DNA of 64,000 bases from Lachnospiraceae bacterium (GTDB taxonomy: Bacteria; Bacillota; Clostridia; Lachnospirales; Lachnospiraceae), in assembly GCA_017461045.1 (NCBI GenBank), contig JAFTZJ010000047.1:12218-76217 (forward strand), read 5' to 3'. The position numbers were made by a program, and so were the translations under genes. How positions within the stretch are numbered: position 1 is the stretch's first letter; every line of letters starts with the position of its first letter. Under the pieces are notes generated by a model that ran no database searches, was not told the DNA's origin, and worked only from the letters and a program-made list of their open reading frames with translations. Below, piece after piece: positions 46,853-58,325 of the stretch.

Positions 46853-47575
46853 TTATTGTAATGGCGTCTTCGACGCAGTTCCTGCTTTTCTTGGATAAGC
46901 CTTCGGTGTTAGTCCAATCTTTTCAATCATTACAAACTGTCTTACAATATCCGTATCCGGCAACTGCTTTTCTTCTACATTCCGGATTTTTCCTCCAAGG
47001 ATTTTAACTGCTTTCTTTGACTGTTGTAACTCTTCCTCAATCTGAGATGATTTATAGGAAACGAAACACCCATTCTTCTTAACAAAAGGCAAACAATATT
47101 CACTTAAGGTAGAAAGATTTGCGACCGCTCGGGAAACACACAAATCAAATTGTTCCCGATACTCCTGCTTTCTGGCACCTTCTTCCGCTCTTGCATGAAC
47201 TGCTTCAATATCCGTAAGTCCCAGTTCTTCAATTACTTCATTTAAGAACTTTACACGCTTATTCAAAGAATCCAATAAGGTAATCTTCAAGTTCGGATAT
47301 GCAATCTTCAACGGAATACCCGGAAAACCGGCTCCGGTTCCCACGTCAATCACAGACAAATCACCGGATAAATCCATAACCGTTCCCAGCAGAATACTAT
47401 CTAGAAAATGTTTATCAATGACTTCCTCATATTCCGTAATTGCAGTTAGGTTCATTACCTTATTCTTCTCAATCAACATTTCATAATAAGTTTGAAACTG
47501 CTGACATTGTTGCTCAGTTAATACAATTTGCAATTGTTCTGCTTTTATTTGTAGCTCTTTCATATTACGCTCCAA
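46853..47575 (-). CDS. rsmG: 16S rRNA (guanine527-N7)-methyltransferase
   Basis: 240 aa with [15 protein letters not shown] and the conserved position after mnmG. Confidence 0.9.
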   Translation of the reverse strand: MERNMKELQIKAEQLQIVLTEQQCQQFQTYYEMLIEKNKVMNLTAITEYEEVIDKHFLDSILLGTVMDLSGDLSVIDVGTGAGFPGIPLKIAYPNLKITLLDSLNKRVKFLNEVIEELGLTDIEAVHARAEEGARKQEYREQFDLCVSRAVANLSTLSEYCLPFVKKNGCFVSYKSSQIEEELQQSKKAVKILGGKIRNVEEKQLPDTDIVRQFVMIEKIGLTPKAYPRKAGTASKTPLQ

Positions 47576-49433
47576 GGTAAATTAGTAATACAGATATATC
47601 TGCAGGAGAAACACCGGAAATTCGTGAAGCCTGTCCCACCGATGTCGGACGAATGGCATTCAGCTTCTGGCGGGCCTCCTTTCGAAGATTCTGAACATCA
47701 TCATAATTCAAATCTGCCGGAATCAACTTCTTCTCTAATTTCTTAAAATGTTCAACCTGTTGCTTCTGTCGCTTAATATATCCATCATATTTTAAATTAA
47801 TATTAATCTGTTCCACTACATCTGCAGGTAACGGCTGACGATCCGGATCCACAGGTGCAATTTTATCATAACTAAGTTCCGGTCTGCGAACTAAGTCAGC
47901 CAGTGTTGCTGCTGTTTTCAACGGCGTACTTCCTGCCGTTTCTAAGAATTCCTGCATCTTCTTATTGGCACCCACTGTTACAGATTCCAATCGCTCAATT
48001 TCTTTATCAATCGCTTCCCGCTTCTGACAGAATTTCTCATATCGCGCTTCATCAATTAAACCAATTTCATAACCGATATCTGTTAATCGCAAATCTGCAT
48101 TATCCTGACGAAGCAATAACCGATATTCCGCTCTGGAGGTCATCATACGATATGGTTCTGCGGTTTCCTTCGTTACCAAGTCATCAATCAACACACCAAT
48201 ATATGCTTGTGAACGATCCAGAATAATTGGATCCTTTCCCAGAATTTTTCTGGATGCATTTACACCTGCCATAAATCCTTGGGCGGCTGCTTCCTCATAA
48301 CCGGAGCTTCCGTTAAACTGACCTGCAGCAAATAATCCATCAAACCCTTGGAATTCCAAAGTAGGCTTCAATTGGGTTGCGTCAATACAATCATATTCAA
48401 TAGCGTAAGCATTCCGTACAATTCTGGCATTCTCCAAGCCGGGAACGCTTCGGTACATGGCAAACTGCACATCCTCCGGCAAGGAGCTGGACATACCACC
48501 TACATACATTTCGTTGGTATACTCACCCTCCGGCTCAATAAATACCTGATGTCGATCTTTATCCGGAAACTTCATAACCTTATCTTCAATGGAAGGACAG
48601 TATCTCGGTCCGGTTCCCTCAATGGCTCCGGAGAACAGCGGCGAACGATCAATGTTACTCTTAATAATCTCATGGGTTGTTTCATTGGTATACGTCAACC
48701 AACAAGAAATCTGTTCACGCTTAATATCCTCTTCTGTATTAGTAAAGGAAAATGGTACGATTCGTTCATCACCTTTTTGCTCTGCCATTTTCGAAAAATC
48801 AATACTTCGTTTATCAATTCTGGCAGGGGTTCCTGTCTTAAACCGTCTTACCGGTATCCCTAATTTCAATAAAGACTCTGTCAAATAATTGGCTGCTTGC
48901 AAACCGTTCGGTCCGGTTGGATAACTAACATCCCCGTGAATACATCGAGCTTTCAAATATACACCGGTACACAAAATTACAGCCTTGGCATAATAGGTGC
49001 CGCCTGAAAATGTACGAATACCGGTAATTTGATTTCCCTCTGACAAAATCTCAGAAACCTCAGCCTGACGCAAAGTCAGAAGTTCCGTCTCCTCCATAAC
49101 CATTCGCATAGCTCTGGAGTATTCAGCCTTGTCTGCCTGAGCGCGCAAAGAATGAACTGCCGGTCCCTTGGATTCATTTAACATCTTAGACTGAATATAT
49201 GTTTTATCAATGTTCTTACCCATCTCACCGCCTAAGGCATCAATTTCCCGAACCAGATGTCCCTTAGAGCTTCCGCCAATGTTCGGATTACATGGCATCA
49301 TAGCAACGCTATCCATACTTACTGTAAATATAATTGTTTCAAGTCCCATACGTGCAGCCGCCAAAGCCGCTTCGCAGCCGGCATGTCCAGCTCCTACTAC
49401 TACAACGTCATAGGTTTCTTCTATTTGTGGCAT
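47565..49433 (-). CDS. mnmG: tRNA uridine 5-carboxymethylaminomethyl modification enzyme
   Basis: 622 aa with the FAD motif [13 protein letters not shown]. Confidence 0.95.
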   Translation of the reverse strand: MPQIEETYDVVVVGAGHAGCEAALAAARMGLETIIFTVSMDSVAMMPCNPNIGGSSKGHLVREIDALGGEMGKNIDKTYIQSKMLNESKGPAVHSLRAQADKAEYSRAMRMVMEETELLTLRQAEVSEILSEGNQITGIRTFSGGTYYAKAVILCTGVYLKARCIHGDVSYPTGPNGLQAANYLTESLLKLGIPVRRFKTGTPARIDKRSIDFSKMAEQKGDERIVPFSFTNTEEDIKREQISCWLTYTNETTHEIIKSNIDRSPLFSGAIEGTGPRYCPSIEDKVMKFPDKDRHQVFIEPEGEYTNEMYVGGMSSSLPEDVQFAMYRSVPGLENARIVRNAYAIEYDCIDATQLKPTLEFQGFDGLFAAGQFNGSSGYEEAAAQGFMAGVNASRKILGKDPIILDRSQAYIGVLIDDLVTKETAEPYRMMTSRAEYRLLLRQDNADLRLTDIGYEIGLIDEARYEKFCQKREAIDKEIERLESVTVGANKKMQEFLETAGSTPLKTAATLADLVRRPELSYDKIAPVDPDRQPLPADVVEQININLKYDGYIKRQKQQVEHFKKLEKKLIPADLNYDDVQNLRKEARQKLNAIRPTSVGQASRISGVSPADISVLLIYLGA

Positions 49434-49450
49434 ACTACTACGCTTCCTTC

Positions 49451-50830
49451 CTATTTACCCATACAGAATTTACTGAAAATCTCATTTGCTAAATCATCAC
49501 CCAGAGCTTCACCCAGAATATATCCCAACTGCTCATAGGCAGCCATCAAATCTATGGTTAAGAAATCCTCCGGCATCTGTTGCTCAATACTATCCAGCAC
49601 ACGCTCCAAACTTTCTCTGGTTTCCATCAGCGCCTGCTTATGTCGCAAATTCGTAATATACACTTCATCATTCATGGTCAGCTTACCATGGAAAAACAGA
49701 TTCTTCAAGCACTCACATAAATCCTGTAAACCATCTCCGGTTTTGGCGGATATTTCCACAACCGGTGTCTGAATTTCACAAGTTATGCACTCTTTATCCA
49801 CAACCTGTTCCATATCAATTTTATTCAAAATAGTGATTACTTTTTCATCCTTCAGAAGGCTCATAATCTGCTTATCATCTGCATCTAAAGGTCTTGCAGC
49901 ATCTACCACATACAGTATCAAATCTGCATCCTTCACACTGTTTTTCGCTTTATCCACACCAATCTTTTCCACAATATCAACTGTCTCATGAATACCGGCA
50001 GTATCAATGATTCGAAGAGGAATTCCCTGAATAACTGCGTCCTCTTCTAAGGTATCTCGTGTAGTTCCGGCCACTTCCGTAACAATAGCACGCTCCTCAC
50101 CTAACAGCTGATTTAGTAACGATGATTTTCCGGCATTTGGCTTTCCCAGAATTACCGTCCGGATTCCTTCCTTAATCATTTTTCCTTCATCTGCTGTTGC
50201 AAGCAGTGCATTTACGGATTGAATGGTATCCGTTACCTGCACGCTCAAACCTTCACTATATCCATCCAAGCTATAATTTTCCGGGTCGTCCAAAGCAGAT
50301 TCAATATAAGCAATATGCTCTAAAATCATTCTACGAAGTTCTTTGATTTTTACAGAAAGCTTACCTTGTAACTGGGTTGCAGAAGAACGGGCTGCCAACT
50401 CATTTTTAGCATGTATCATATCCATAACGGATTCTGCCTGGGTAATATCAATGCGCCCTCCAAGAAATGCCCGCTTTGTAAATTCACCCGGCTCTGCTGC
50501 TCTTGCTCCGGAACGGATTACCAGTTCCAAAATCTTCTGAAGCATTACAATTCCGCCGTGACACTGTATCTCAACCACATCTTCCGTAGTATAAGAATTC
50601 GGTCCACGCATCACCAGACAAATTGCCTCATCTAACACAGAATCACCATCACAGATATTGCCAAATAATGCTGAATAGCTTGGGGTATCCTGAATGGTTT
50701 TGCTGGGATTTTTTGCACGAAACATACGGTCCACTACTTCAATAGCCTCAGTTCCGCTTACTCTGATAATACCAATACCTGCATTGGTCATTCCGGTTGC
50801 GATTGCCGCAATTGTGTCTTTTTGAAACAT
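49451..50830 (-). CDS. mnmE: tRNA modification GTPase
   Basis: 459 aa with G1 GKPNAGKSS and the C-terminal CMGK. Confidence 0.95.
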   Translation of the reverse strand: MFQKDTIAAIATGMTNAGIGIIRVSGTEAIEVVDRMFRAKNPSKTIQDTPSYSALFGNICDGDSVLDEAICLVMRGPNSYTTEDVVEIQCHGGIVMLQKILELVIRSGARAAEPGEFTKRAFLGGRIDITQAESVMDMIHAKNELAARSSATQLQGKLSVKIKELRRMILEHIAYIESALDDPENYSLDGYSEGLSVQVTDTIQSVNALLATADEGKMIKEGIRTVILGKPNAGKSSLLNQLLGEERAIVTEVAGTTRDTLEEDAVIQGIPLRIIDTAGIHETVDIVEKIGVDKAKNSVKDADLILYVVDAARPLDADDKQIMSLLKDEKVITILNKIDMEQVVDKECITCEIQTPVVEISAKTGDGLQDLCECLKNLFFHGKLTMNDEVYITNLRHKQALMETRESLERVLDSIEQQMPEDFLTIDLMAAYEQLGYILGEALGDDLANEIFSKFCMGK

Positions 50831-50882
50831 TTGACTCCTCCTTTCTTTCTTATCAAATCACTCATTTTCGTATCCACCATTT

Positions 50883-50931
50883 ATAAAAAATAGCGAATGC
50901 AAAATAAGCAATGTCCTTATTTTGCATTCGC
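50883..50931 (-). terminator. Terminator after jag
   Basis: 16-bp stem GCGAATGCAAAATAAG / CTTATTTTGCATTCGC, followed by TATTTTTT on the minus strand. Confidence 0.7.
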
Positions 50932-50955
50932 CTTCTTGTTCAAGTATGCCTTTGC

Positions 50956-51588
50956 TTATTTTGCACGATTATAGAAAATAACAACCCGTCTGAATGGTTC
51001 TTCACCTTCACTTCTGGTACTTACATACTTATCATTCTGAAGTGCAGAATGAATAATCCGTCTTTCATATGGATTCATTGGTTCCAACACAACTGACTTT
51101 CTGGAACGCTTTACTTTATAAGCAATGTTCTTAGCAAGATTCTCTAATGTATCTTTTCTTCTTGCACGATAATTCTCTGTATCCAACTTCACGCGAATGA
51201 ATTCCTCGCTGTGCTTGTTAACTACAGACTGAACAATTTTCTGTAATGCATCTAAAGTCTGTCCACGCTTACCGATTAACACGCCCATTTCAGGACCAGT
51301 TAAATTAACGTCCATGGTTTTCTCTTCTGCATCATAGTTAATATCAACAACGGTCTCAACGCCCATAACCTTAAAGAGGTTTTCTAAGAATTCTAAAATA
51401 ATATCTTCAAAGGTGTCTTTCTTCTTTGCACGGATAATTGCAGGCTTAGTATTGATAAAACCTAAGATACCGGTGCTTCCTTTATCAACGACTTCATAAA
51501 TCAATTCATCACTGGTAATACCAAACTGAATACTTGCTTCTGTAATGGCATCATCAACTGTTTTACCCTTAAACTCGATAAACTCCAT
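50956..51588 (-). CDS. jag: RNA-binding protein Jag/KhpB (Jag_N, KH, R3H)
   Basis: 210 aa with the R3H region EPMNPYERRIIHSAL. Confidence 0.9.
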   Translation of the reverse strand: MEFIEFKGKTVDDAITEASIQFGITSDELIYEVVDKGSTGILGFINTKPAIIRAKKKDTFEDIILEFLENLFKVMGVETVVDINYDAEEKTMDVNLTGPEMGVLIGKRGQTLDALQKIVQSVVNKHSEEFIRVKLDTENYRARRKDTLENLAKNIAYKVKRSRKSVVLEPMNPYERRIIHSALQNDKYVSTRSEGEEPFRRVVIFYNRAK

Positions 51589-51590
51589 CT

Positions 51591-52865
51591 TTAATCCTCC
51601 CGCTTCTTCTGATTTGTATTGTACTGCTGCATAATATTTGCTTTTGAAGCAATACTACCCTTCTTATAAGCAGCACCACTGTTATCTGAAGATGTACTAT
51701 TATAATTTTTTAAATTCGTTCCTGCTACACTATTGGAAGAACTGCTTGTCTGCTCTGCTCCACCGGCTGCTTCCAGCATTTTTTCCATAAATGATTTTTT
51801 CTTCTTTTTATTTTTCTTCTTTGCCTTTTCCATCTGCTTTTCCAGAATCTTGTCCATATTAGCAATCTTATCATAATAGATATTAATTCCTAATTGGATT
51901 AAGAAACTAATTAATGCACTCATGGTCCAGTACAAACCAATACCGGCCGGTAATGTAATACAGAAGAAGAACGACATAATCGGCATTGTGTATGTCATTG
52001 ACTTCATCATAGATGCAGACTGAGCTGCAGTCGGATCACTGGTATCCACTTCCGGCTGCTTCATAATAAATGTACTTAAGAACTGGAATAAAGCTGCTGC
52101 AATCGGAATAAGCAATGCCCAACTGATTTTCCAGCCCGGTGCCTCTGAAATGTTAATACCTAAAATGAAGTTATTTAACTCATCAATCTGCGGTACATAA
52201 CTGTTAATTGCATTAACTAAGCCTTCATTTCCGGCTAACGTTTGACTAAAAGCTTCCCACTGTGTTGTGCTAAACTGTGAAACAACATCAATAATGTTAT
52301 TATCTGTTACCGCACTTGGGTCTAGCTTTGATAATTTCTTAATCGCAGTGGCTGCTGTATTAATCTTATTCTCGTCTACGAATGTGGTCAGCGTTGTTAC
52401 ATAATCCTTAACCTTCATAATTTCCGTAGCAATAGGAGTATATAATTCCTTAATTGCAGGAACATATGCAGGAATATTATAAATTACCCGATACAACGCA
52501 TAGATAATTGGAAGCTGAATAAAAGAAAGTAAACAACCATTGGTCATACTGGTACCATACTTCCGATACACTTCCTGAGTTTCCTGTTGCTGTTTCAACA
52601 TGGAATCCTGATCTGTTCTGTTCTTATACTTTTTCTGTATCTTTTGGATTTCCGGCTGAATATACTGATTGATTTTTGAACCTCTTTGCTGTCTTAAAGT
52701 AAATGGTAACAAAATCAACTTAACAACAACCGTAAATACAATAATACATAATGCCAGGTTCTCGATTCCGACTGAAGCTAAACCTTCATAAATTAAATTC
52801 AGAATCTTACCTAACAACCAACAAAAGGGGCCCAAAAAACCACCTTGTGCAGTCAAAAATATCAT
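51591..52865 (-). CDS. yidC: Membrane protein insertase YidC/Oxa1 family (long form)
   Basis: 424 aa. It sits between yidD and jag, has a conserved TM core, and ends in a long K-rich then S/N-rich C-terminal tail. Confidence 0.9.
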   Translation of the reverse strand: MIFLTAQGGFLGPFCWLLGKILNLIYEGLASVGIENLALCIIVFTVVVKLILLPFTLRQQRGSKINQYIQPEIQKIQKKYKNRTDQDSMLKQQQETQEVYRKYGTSMTNGCLLSFIQLPIIYALYRVIYNIPAYVPAIKELYTPIATEIMKVKDYVTTLTTFVDENKINTAATAIKKLSKLDPSAVTDNNIIDVVSQFSTTQWEAFSQTLAGNEGLVNAINSYVPQIDELNNFILGINISEAPGWKISWALLIPIAAALFQFLSTFIMKQPEVDTSDPTAAQSASMMKSMTYTMPIMSFFFCITLPAGIGLYWTMSALISFLIQLGINIYYDKIANMDKILEKQMEKAKKKNKKKKKSFMEKMLEAAGGAEQTSSSSNSVAGTNLKNYNSTSSDNSGAAYKKGSIASKANIMQQYNTNQKKRED

Positions 52866-52876
52866 ATTAACCTCCT

Positions 52877-53098
52877 TTATGGAACCGGATCATATCCACC
52901 CCTGGAGAACGGGTTACACCGAAGAATTCGCCAAGCTGCAAGCAAGATGCCTTTCCATACGCCATATTTTTGAATTGCTTCTATTGCATACTGGGAACAC
53001 GTCGGATAAAATTTACAAGTTCCATGACCCTTTAAGGGTGACAAAAAAATCTGATAAAAACGAATCAACTTCAAACATATTTTTTTCATACACATCAT
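52877..53098 (-). CDS. yidD: Membrane protein insertion efficiency factor YidD
   Basis: [15 protein letters not shown] and [12 protein letters not shown]. The start is uncertain among three N-terminal Met codons. Confidence 0.9.
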   Translation of the reverse strand: MMCMKKICLKLIRFYQIFLSPLKGHGTCKFYPTCSQYAIEAIQKYGVWKGILLAAWRILRCNPFSRGGYDPVP

Positions 53099-53121
53099 CT
53101 CTTTGATTATTATTCAAATAT

Positions 53122-53466
53122 TTACTGGTAACTCTGTAACAAATGATGGAGCTTTGCTAAGTGCAAAAACGCACTCTCAACCTCCCAATAATTACAATCT
53201 TTTACATTTACTCTGGCTACTACTACTATGTCATAACCGGATTTCAATTCTGTCTGATGTAAGCGATAGCTTTCCCGAATTAATCTTGTTATCCGGTGTC
53301 TGATTACACTATTACCTACCTTCTTACTGACAGAAATACCAAGTCTGTTTTCGTTTTCCTGATTCTCCAAGACGTACATCACCAAATACTTATTGGCAAA
53401 TGATTTGCCGCACTGATATACGTTTCCAAATTCTTTTCTGTTTTTCAAAGAATTGTAGTGTTTCAT
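53122..53466 (-). CDS. rnpA: Ribonuclease P protein component
   Basis: 114 aa with the RNR-like motif KKVGNSVIRHRITR, located after rpmH. Confidence 0.9.
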   Translation of the reverse strand: MKHYNSLKNRKEFGNVYQCGKSFANKYLVMYVLENQENENRLGISVSKKVGNSVIRHRITRLIRESYRLHQTELKSGYDIVVVARVNVKDCNYWEVESAFLHLAKLHHLLQSYQ

Positions 53467-53485
53467 TTTTCTTACCTATACAAAT

Positions 53486-53511
53486 AATCTCACAGCGAAA
53501 ACTGTGAGATT
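53486..53511 (-). terminator. Hairpin between rpmH and rnpA (possible attenuating terminator)
   Basis: AATCTCACAG / CTGTGAGATT with a 6-nt loop. Confidence 0.45.
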
Positions 53512-53537
53512 ATGCTATACTCGCTATTAATTGCGAA

Positions 53538-53672
53538 TTACGCTGATAAACGTTTTCTACCTTTAGCTCTTCTGGCAGATAATACTTTTCTGCCGTTTGC
53601 TGTACTCATTCTCTTTCTGAAACCATGAACCTTTGCATGTGATCTCTTCTTTGGCTGAAATGTCATCTTCAT
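53538..53672 (-). CDS. rpmH: 50S ribosomal protein L34 (below the ORF-track length cut-off)
   Basis: My translation is [44 protein letters not shown]-stop. SD GGAGG lies upstream. Confidence 0.95.
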   Translation of the reverse strand: MKMTFQPKKRSHAKVHGFRKRMSTANGRKVLSARRAKGRKRLSA

Positions 53673-54162
53673 TACCCATACACCTCCTTCGGACATTAGT
53701 TAAATCTATATTTAACTATATTTTTCTTTTTTCAATATGGCTTTTTGAAAAAACACCTAGTTTATTATATGGAAAACCCCTCCAACAGTCAAGAATTAAT
53801 TTAAATATAGAAGAAACTTTTTCGTAAAGTTTTATTTGTAATTAACATAATGTTATACACAATTTGTGTAAAACCTGTGGAAAACTCGATTATTACATGT
53901 GGATTTTTCCCTCGATTTTTAAAATTTCATTGATTTTTCAACCATTCTCATTGTGAATTACATAATTTTACATAATTTTCGGTAACAGATTATGTAAAAC
54001 AATAATTCATTAAAATGATAGAATTCATATATGGAAAACTTACCCCTTTTTCTTGCGAAAAGTTCCAATTTGTTATATATTATATATGGGTCTTTTTGTG
54101 CCTATTTATACTTAAACGAGTATATTAACTGTTATTTATTTTGAAAGGTTATTTTTCAGCTT
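53673..54162. other. oriC, left part (rpmH-dnaA intergenic) with DnaA-box-like 9-mers
   Basis: 490-nt AT-rich non-coding region. TTATACACA (53853-53861) has one mismatch to TTATCCACA. TGTGGAAAA lies at 53876-53884 and TGTGGATTT at 53898-53906. TATGGAAAA occurs twice (53768-53776 and 54030-54038). Confidence 0.7.
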
Positions 54163-55521
54163 ATGAAAGAAAGAATAGAAGAAAACTGGGAAAAAATTTT
54201 ATATTCCATTCAATTAGAACATGGGGTTGCTCCAATTACGATTAATACCTGGATTCGTCCTCTGAAGATATATGATGTAGTAGATCGTACCATTTATCTG
54301 TTAGCAGATGATACCCTGGGTCAACGTGGAATCGAATTTCTTAAAACGAAAATGTACGATATGTTTATCAAAGCTTCTATTCAAATTGTTATGAATGAAG
54401 ACTATGATATTCAGTTAATTTCATCACCGGATGATATTACCTCTACATCTTCTGCTTCTGCTTCCTCTGATTTACACAGAGAATATAATATGGAAGAAAG
54501 CAATTTGAATCCTCGTTATACCTTTGATACATTCGTAGTTGGTGATAATAATCGTCATGCCCATGCAGCCTGTGTAGCGGTTGCAGAAGCTCCGGCTCAG
54601 GCATTTAATCCATTATTTTTATATGGTGGTGTTGGACTTGGTAAAACTCATCTTATGCATTCCGTAGGACATTACGTTCTGCAACACAATAAGAATGCTA
54701 AGGTTCTTTATGTTACCAGTGAAACCTTTACCAATGAATTAATTGAGGCATTAAAGAAAAATAAAACAGAAGAATTCCGTACGAAATATCGTAATATCGA
54801 TTTGTTACTTTTGGATGATATTCAGTTTATTATAGGAAAAGAATCCACTCAGCAGGAATTCTTCCACACCTTCAATGTATTACATGAAGCAGGTAAACAG
54901 ATTGTGATTTCTTCTGATAAAGCTCCAAAGGAAATTGATAATTTGGAGGACAGAATTAAATCCCGTCTGGAATGGGGTTTACCGGTTGATATTCAATCTC
55001 CGGATTATGAAACCCGTATGGCGATTCTTAGAAAACGTGCGGAGCAGGATAAAATCAATATGCCGGATGATGTTATTCAATACATTGCCACACATATTGT
55101 ATCCAATATCCGTGAATTAGAAGGTGCTTTGAATAAGATTAATGTTTTCTCTAAATTAGACAACAAACCTATTACTGTTGAATTTGCAGAAGAAACATTA
55201 AAGGATTTAATTTCCAAGAACACCATTCGGGAAATTACGCCTTCCTTAATTACTGATATGGTAAGTGAACATCTTGGTATTTCAAAAGAAGATATTTTGT
55301 CTTCCAGAAGAAGTGCAGATATTGCTCAGGCAAGACAAATTGCTATGTATCTTTGCCGTATCATGACTGAAAAATCATTAGAAGCAATCGGTGATTACTT
55401 TGGTGGAAAAGATCATTCTACTGTTATGCATGCCATAGAAAAAATTAAGTTAAACATGCAAACAAATCAAAACTTAGTTTCTACCATTGAAACCATTAAG
55501 AAGAAAATTATACCTTCTTAA
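54163..55521 (+). CDS. dnaA: Chromosomal replication initiator protein DnaA
   Basis: 452 aa with the AAA+ Walker A GGVGLGKTHL and a C-terminal DNA-binding domain (DHSTVMHA). Confidence 0.95.
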   Translation: MKERIEENWEKILYSIQLEHGVAPITINTWIRPLKIYDVVDRTIYLLADDTLGQRGIEFLKTKMYDMFIKASIQIVMNEDYDIQLISSPDDITSTSSASASSDLHREYNMEESNLNPRYTFDTFVVGDNNRHAHAACVAVAEAPAQAFNPLFLYGGVGLGKTHLMHSVGHYVLQHNKNAKVLYVTSETFTNELIEALKKNKTEEFRTKYRNIDLLLLDDIQFIIGKESTQQEFFHTFNVLHEAGKQIVISSDKAPKEIDNLEDRIKSRLEWGLPVDIQSPDYETRMAILRKRAEQDKINMPDDVIQYIATHIVSNIRELEGALNKINVFSKLDNKPITVEFAEETLKDLISKNTIREITPSLITDMVSEHLGISKEDILSSRRSADIAQARQIAMYLCRIMTEKSLEAIGDYFGGKDHSTVMHAIEKIKLNMQTNQNLVSTIETIKKKIIPS

Positions 55522-55825
55522 GATATCCACTTATTCACAATAAAATGTGCAAGAATTGTGAATGGATTGTGATTATATGTTTATAACTTTTTCATTAACT
55601 ATTTTTGTGAAAGAAACTGAAAAAGAATGTGTTAATAACTTCATCTTTTTTCACAAGTTATGATTCCGGTTTTAACATACTTTTTCATTTCACATTTTCA
55701 GTATTTTCATAGGTTTGGAATGGTTTTCAACATTTCCACAGCCCCTACTAAGAATAATACTAAAATCAATTTAAATATTAATATATTAATTAAGACCCGA
55801 CCGGGGGAAAGGAGTTTTTCACATT
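55522..55825. other. oriC, right part (dnaA-dnaN intergenic) with DnaA-box-like 9-mers and an AT-rich putative unwinding region
   Basis: TTATTCACA (55531-55539) has one mismatch. ATTTCCACA lies at 55732-55740. An AT-only stretch runs around 55761-55795 (TAAAATCAATTTAAATATTAATATATTAATTAAG). Confidence 0.6.
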
Positions 55826-56935
55826 ATGAAAATCGCATGTTCGAAATCAACATTGCTTGCTGCAGTTAACACAGTTATGAAAGCAGTATCCAACAAAACA
55901 ACACTTCCAATTCTGGAATGTATTCTTATTGAATCCGAGGATAAAATTAAATTAACTGCTACCGACATGGAATTAGGAATTGAAACCTATGTAGACGGTA
56001 CCATTATAGAACCTGGTAAGATTGCATTAGATGCAAAACTATTCTTTGAAATTATTCGTAAGTATCCGGATAGTGAAATTACGATTGAAACAAATGAGAA
56101 TTACCAGGCTACTATTCGTTGCGAAAAATCAAAGTTTACCATTTCCGGTAAATCAGGAGATGATTTTTCATTATTGCCGGAAGTAGAACGCAGTAAAGGA
56201 ATCTGTTTATCACAATTTACAGTAAAGGAAATGATAAGACAAACGATTTTCTCAACTGTGGAAAACGAAAGTACAAAATTAATGAGTGGTGAATTATTTG
56301 AAATTGAAGGAAATAACTTAAAAGTTGTTTCTTTAGATGGACATCGCATTTCTATTCGTAATGTAGAATTAAAGGAACAGCATGATTTTGTTAAGGTTGT
56401 AGTTCCGGGAAAAACATTAAATGATGTTAGTAAGATATTAAGTGGTGGAGTAGATGATTTTGTAGATATCTATTTCACAGATAAACATATTTTATTCGAA
56501 TTCGATGAAACCAAGGTCGTTTCCCGTTTATTAGAAGGAGAATATTATAAGATTAATCAGATGTTAACCAACGACTATGAAACTAAGGTTAACATTCATA
56601 AAAAGGAATTATTAGATTGTATTGATCGTGCATCCCTGCTGATTAAAGAATCAGATAAAAAACCAATAATTATTAATATTAATAACAGCAATCTTTATAT
56701 AAAAATAGATTCTACTATGGGTTCTATGAATGAAGAACTTGAAATTCGCAAAGAAGGTAAGGATTTAATTATAGGATTCAATCCAAAGCTGTTAATGGAT
56801 GCTCTTCGTGTAATTGATGATGAAGAAGTAAGTATTTATTTCATTAATCAGAAGGCTCCATGTTATATCAAGGATGATAAGGAAAGCTATCGCTATGTTA
56901 TTCTTCCTGTTAATATTAGCAATGTTAGTGTATAA
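55826..56935 (+). CDS. dnaN: DNA polymerase III beta sliding clamp
   Basis: 369 aa, located after dnaA. LPILECILIE and the three-domain length fit. Confidence 0.95.
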   Translation: MKIACSKSTLLAAVNTVMKAVSNKTTLPILECILIESEDKIKLTATDMELGIETYVDGTIIEPGKIALDAKLFFEIIRKYPDSEITIETNENYQATIRCEKSKFTISGKSGDDFSLLPEVERSKGICLSQFTVKEMIRQTIFSTVENESTKLMSGELFEIEGNNLKVVSLDGHRISIRNVELKEQHDFVKVVVPGKTLNDVSKILSGGVDDFVDIYFTDKHILFEFDETKVVSRLLEGEYYKINQMLTNDYETKVNIHKKELLDCIDRASLLIKESDKKPIIININNSNLYIKIDSTMGSMNEELEIRKEGKDLIIGFNPKLLMDALRVIDDEEVSIYFINQKAPCYIKDDKESYRYVILPVNISNVSV

Positions 56936-56946
56936 GGAGATACCAT

Positions 56947-57156
56947 ATGCAAATTGTTCAGATTAGAGATGAATTTATTAAATTAGGACAGGCTTTGAAA
57001 TTAGCCGGAATGGTTGATTCCGGAGTTACAGCAAAGAAAGTTATTCAGAATGGTGAAGTAGAGGTAAATGGTGAAATTGATACCAGAAGAGGCCGTAAAT
57101 TATATGACGGCGATATAGTAACCTTTATGGATCAGACTTTCCAGATTAAAAATTAG
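56947..57156 (+). CDS. yaaA: S4-domain RNA-binding protein YaaA
   Basis: 69 aa, between dnaN and recF, with the pattern IKLGQALKLAG...SGVTAKKVIQNGEVEVNGE. Confidence 0.85.
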   Translation: MQIVQIRDEFIKLGQALKLAGMVDSGVTAKKVIQNGEVEVNGEIDTRRGRKLYDGDIVTFMDQTFQIKN

Positions 57157-57165
57157 GATACATAT

Positions 57166-58269
57166 ATGCATATTCATTCATTAGAATTAAAAAATTATCG
57201 TAATTATGAATATTTGAATATGAATTTTGATTCCGGAACCACAATTTTGTATGGGGATAATGCACAGGGTAAAACCAATATTTTAGAAGCAATTTATGTA
57301 TCGGCAACAACAAAATCCCACAGGGGAAGTAAGGATAAGGATATTATCCAATTTGAACAGGATGAATCCCATATTCGCACACAGGTTGTAAAGTCAGATA
57401 TTACCCGTCGGATAGATATGCATTTGCGCAAGAATAAGACCAAGGGAATTGCGATTGACGGATTACCGATTCGTAAAAGCGGAGAATTATTTGGTGTAGC
57501 CAATGTAATATTTTTTTCTCCGGAAGATTTGAGTATTATCAAGGATGGACCGGCAGAACGGAGACGGTTTTTAGACTTGGAATTGTGTCAATTGGACAGA
57601 ATGTATTTGTATCATTATACCAATTACAATAAGGTTTTGAATCAAAGAAATAATTTATTAAAGCAGATTTATTTTCAACCGAAATTAGCAGAGACATTAG
57701 ATGTCTGGAATCAACAGCTGGTGCAATACGGAACAGAAATTATTCGTTCCAGAAAAGCATTTATAAAACAGTTGAATGATATACTAAAAGATATTCACGG
57801 AAAATTAACCGGTGGAAAAGAATTATTGAAGATTCAATATGAAGCCAGTGTAGATGAATCAAATTACGAAGCTTTATTAATACAAAAGCAGGACATGGAT
57901 ATGAAGTACCAGTCTACACAAGTCGGACCTCATCGGGATGATATGAGTTTTTATATTAATGACATAGAGGTTCGAAGATTTGGTTCTCTGGGACAACAGC
58001 GGACAGCTGCACTGTCATTAAAGCTGGCAGAGATAGAAATTGTAAAACAACTCATTCATGATACACCGATTTTATTATTGGATGATGTTATGTCAGAGTT
58101 AGACGAAAGTCGCAGAGATTATTTATTGCATTCCATTCATGATATTCAGACAATTATTACTTGTACCGGATATGATGATTTTATAAAAGAGAGAATGAAA
58201 ATTAATCGGGTATATAAAGTGGTAAAAGGCCATGTTTATCCCGAAGGTGAAGTAAAGGATTTAGGTTAA
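57166..58269 (+). CDS. recF: DNA replication and repair protein RecF
   Basis: 367 aa with Walker A GDNAQGKTN, an SMC-like signature and LLLDDVMSELD. Confidence 0.95.
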   Translation: MHIHSLELKNYRNYEYLNMNFDSGTTILYGDNAQGKTNILEAIYVSATTKSHRGSKDKDIIQFEQDESHIRTQVVKSDITRRIDMHLRKNKTKGIAIDGLPIRKSGELFGVANVIFFSPEDLSIIKDGPAERRRFLDLELCQLDRMYLYHYTNYNKVLNQRNNLLKQIYFQPKLAETLDVWNQQLVQYGTEIIRSRKAFIKQLNDILKDIHGKLTGGKELLKIQYEASVDESNYEALLIQKQDMDMKYQSTQVGPHRDDMSFYINDIEVRRFGSLGQQRTAALSLKLAEIEIVKQLIHDTPILLLDDVMSELDESRRDYLLHSIHDIQTIITCTGYDDFIKERMKINRVYKVVKGHVYPEGEVKDLG

Positions 58270-58325
58270 ATTAGTGAAACATCAGAATTCATAATTCTGA
58301 TTACATAGAATTAGGAGGATTAAAA

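Noticed and set aside
51591-52865. The unusually long YidC (424 aa) has a large loop insertion and a K-rich then S/N-rich tail.
   Set aside because: Long-form YidC/SpoIIIJ variants with basic ribosome-binding tails are known in Gram-positives. It is not distinctive enough to report as a finding without a comparative alignment.
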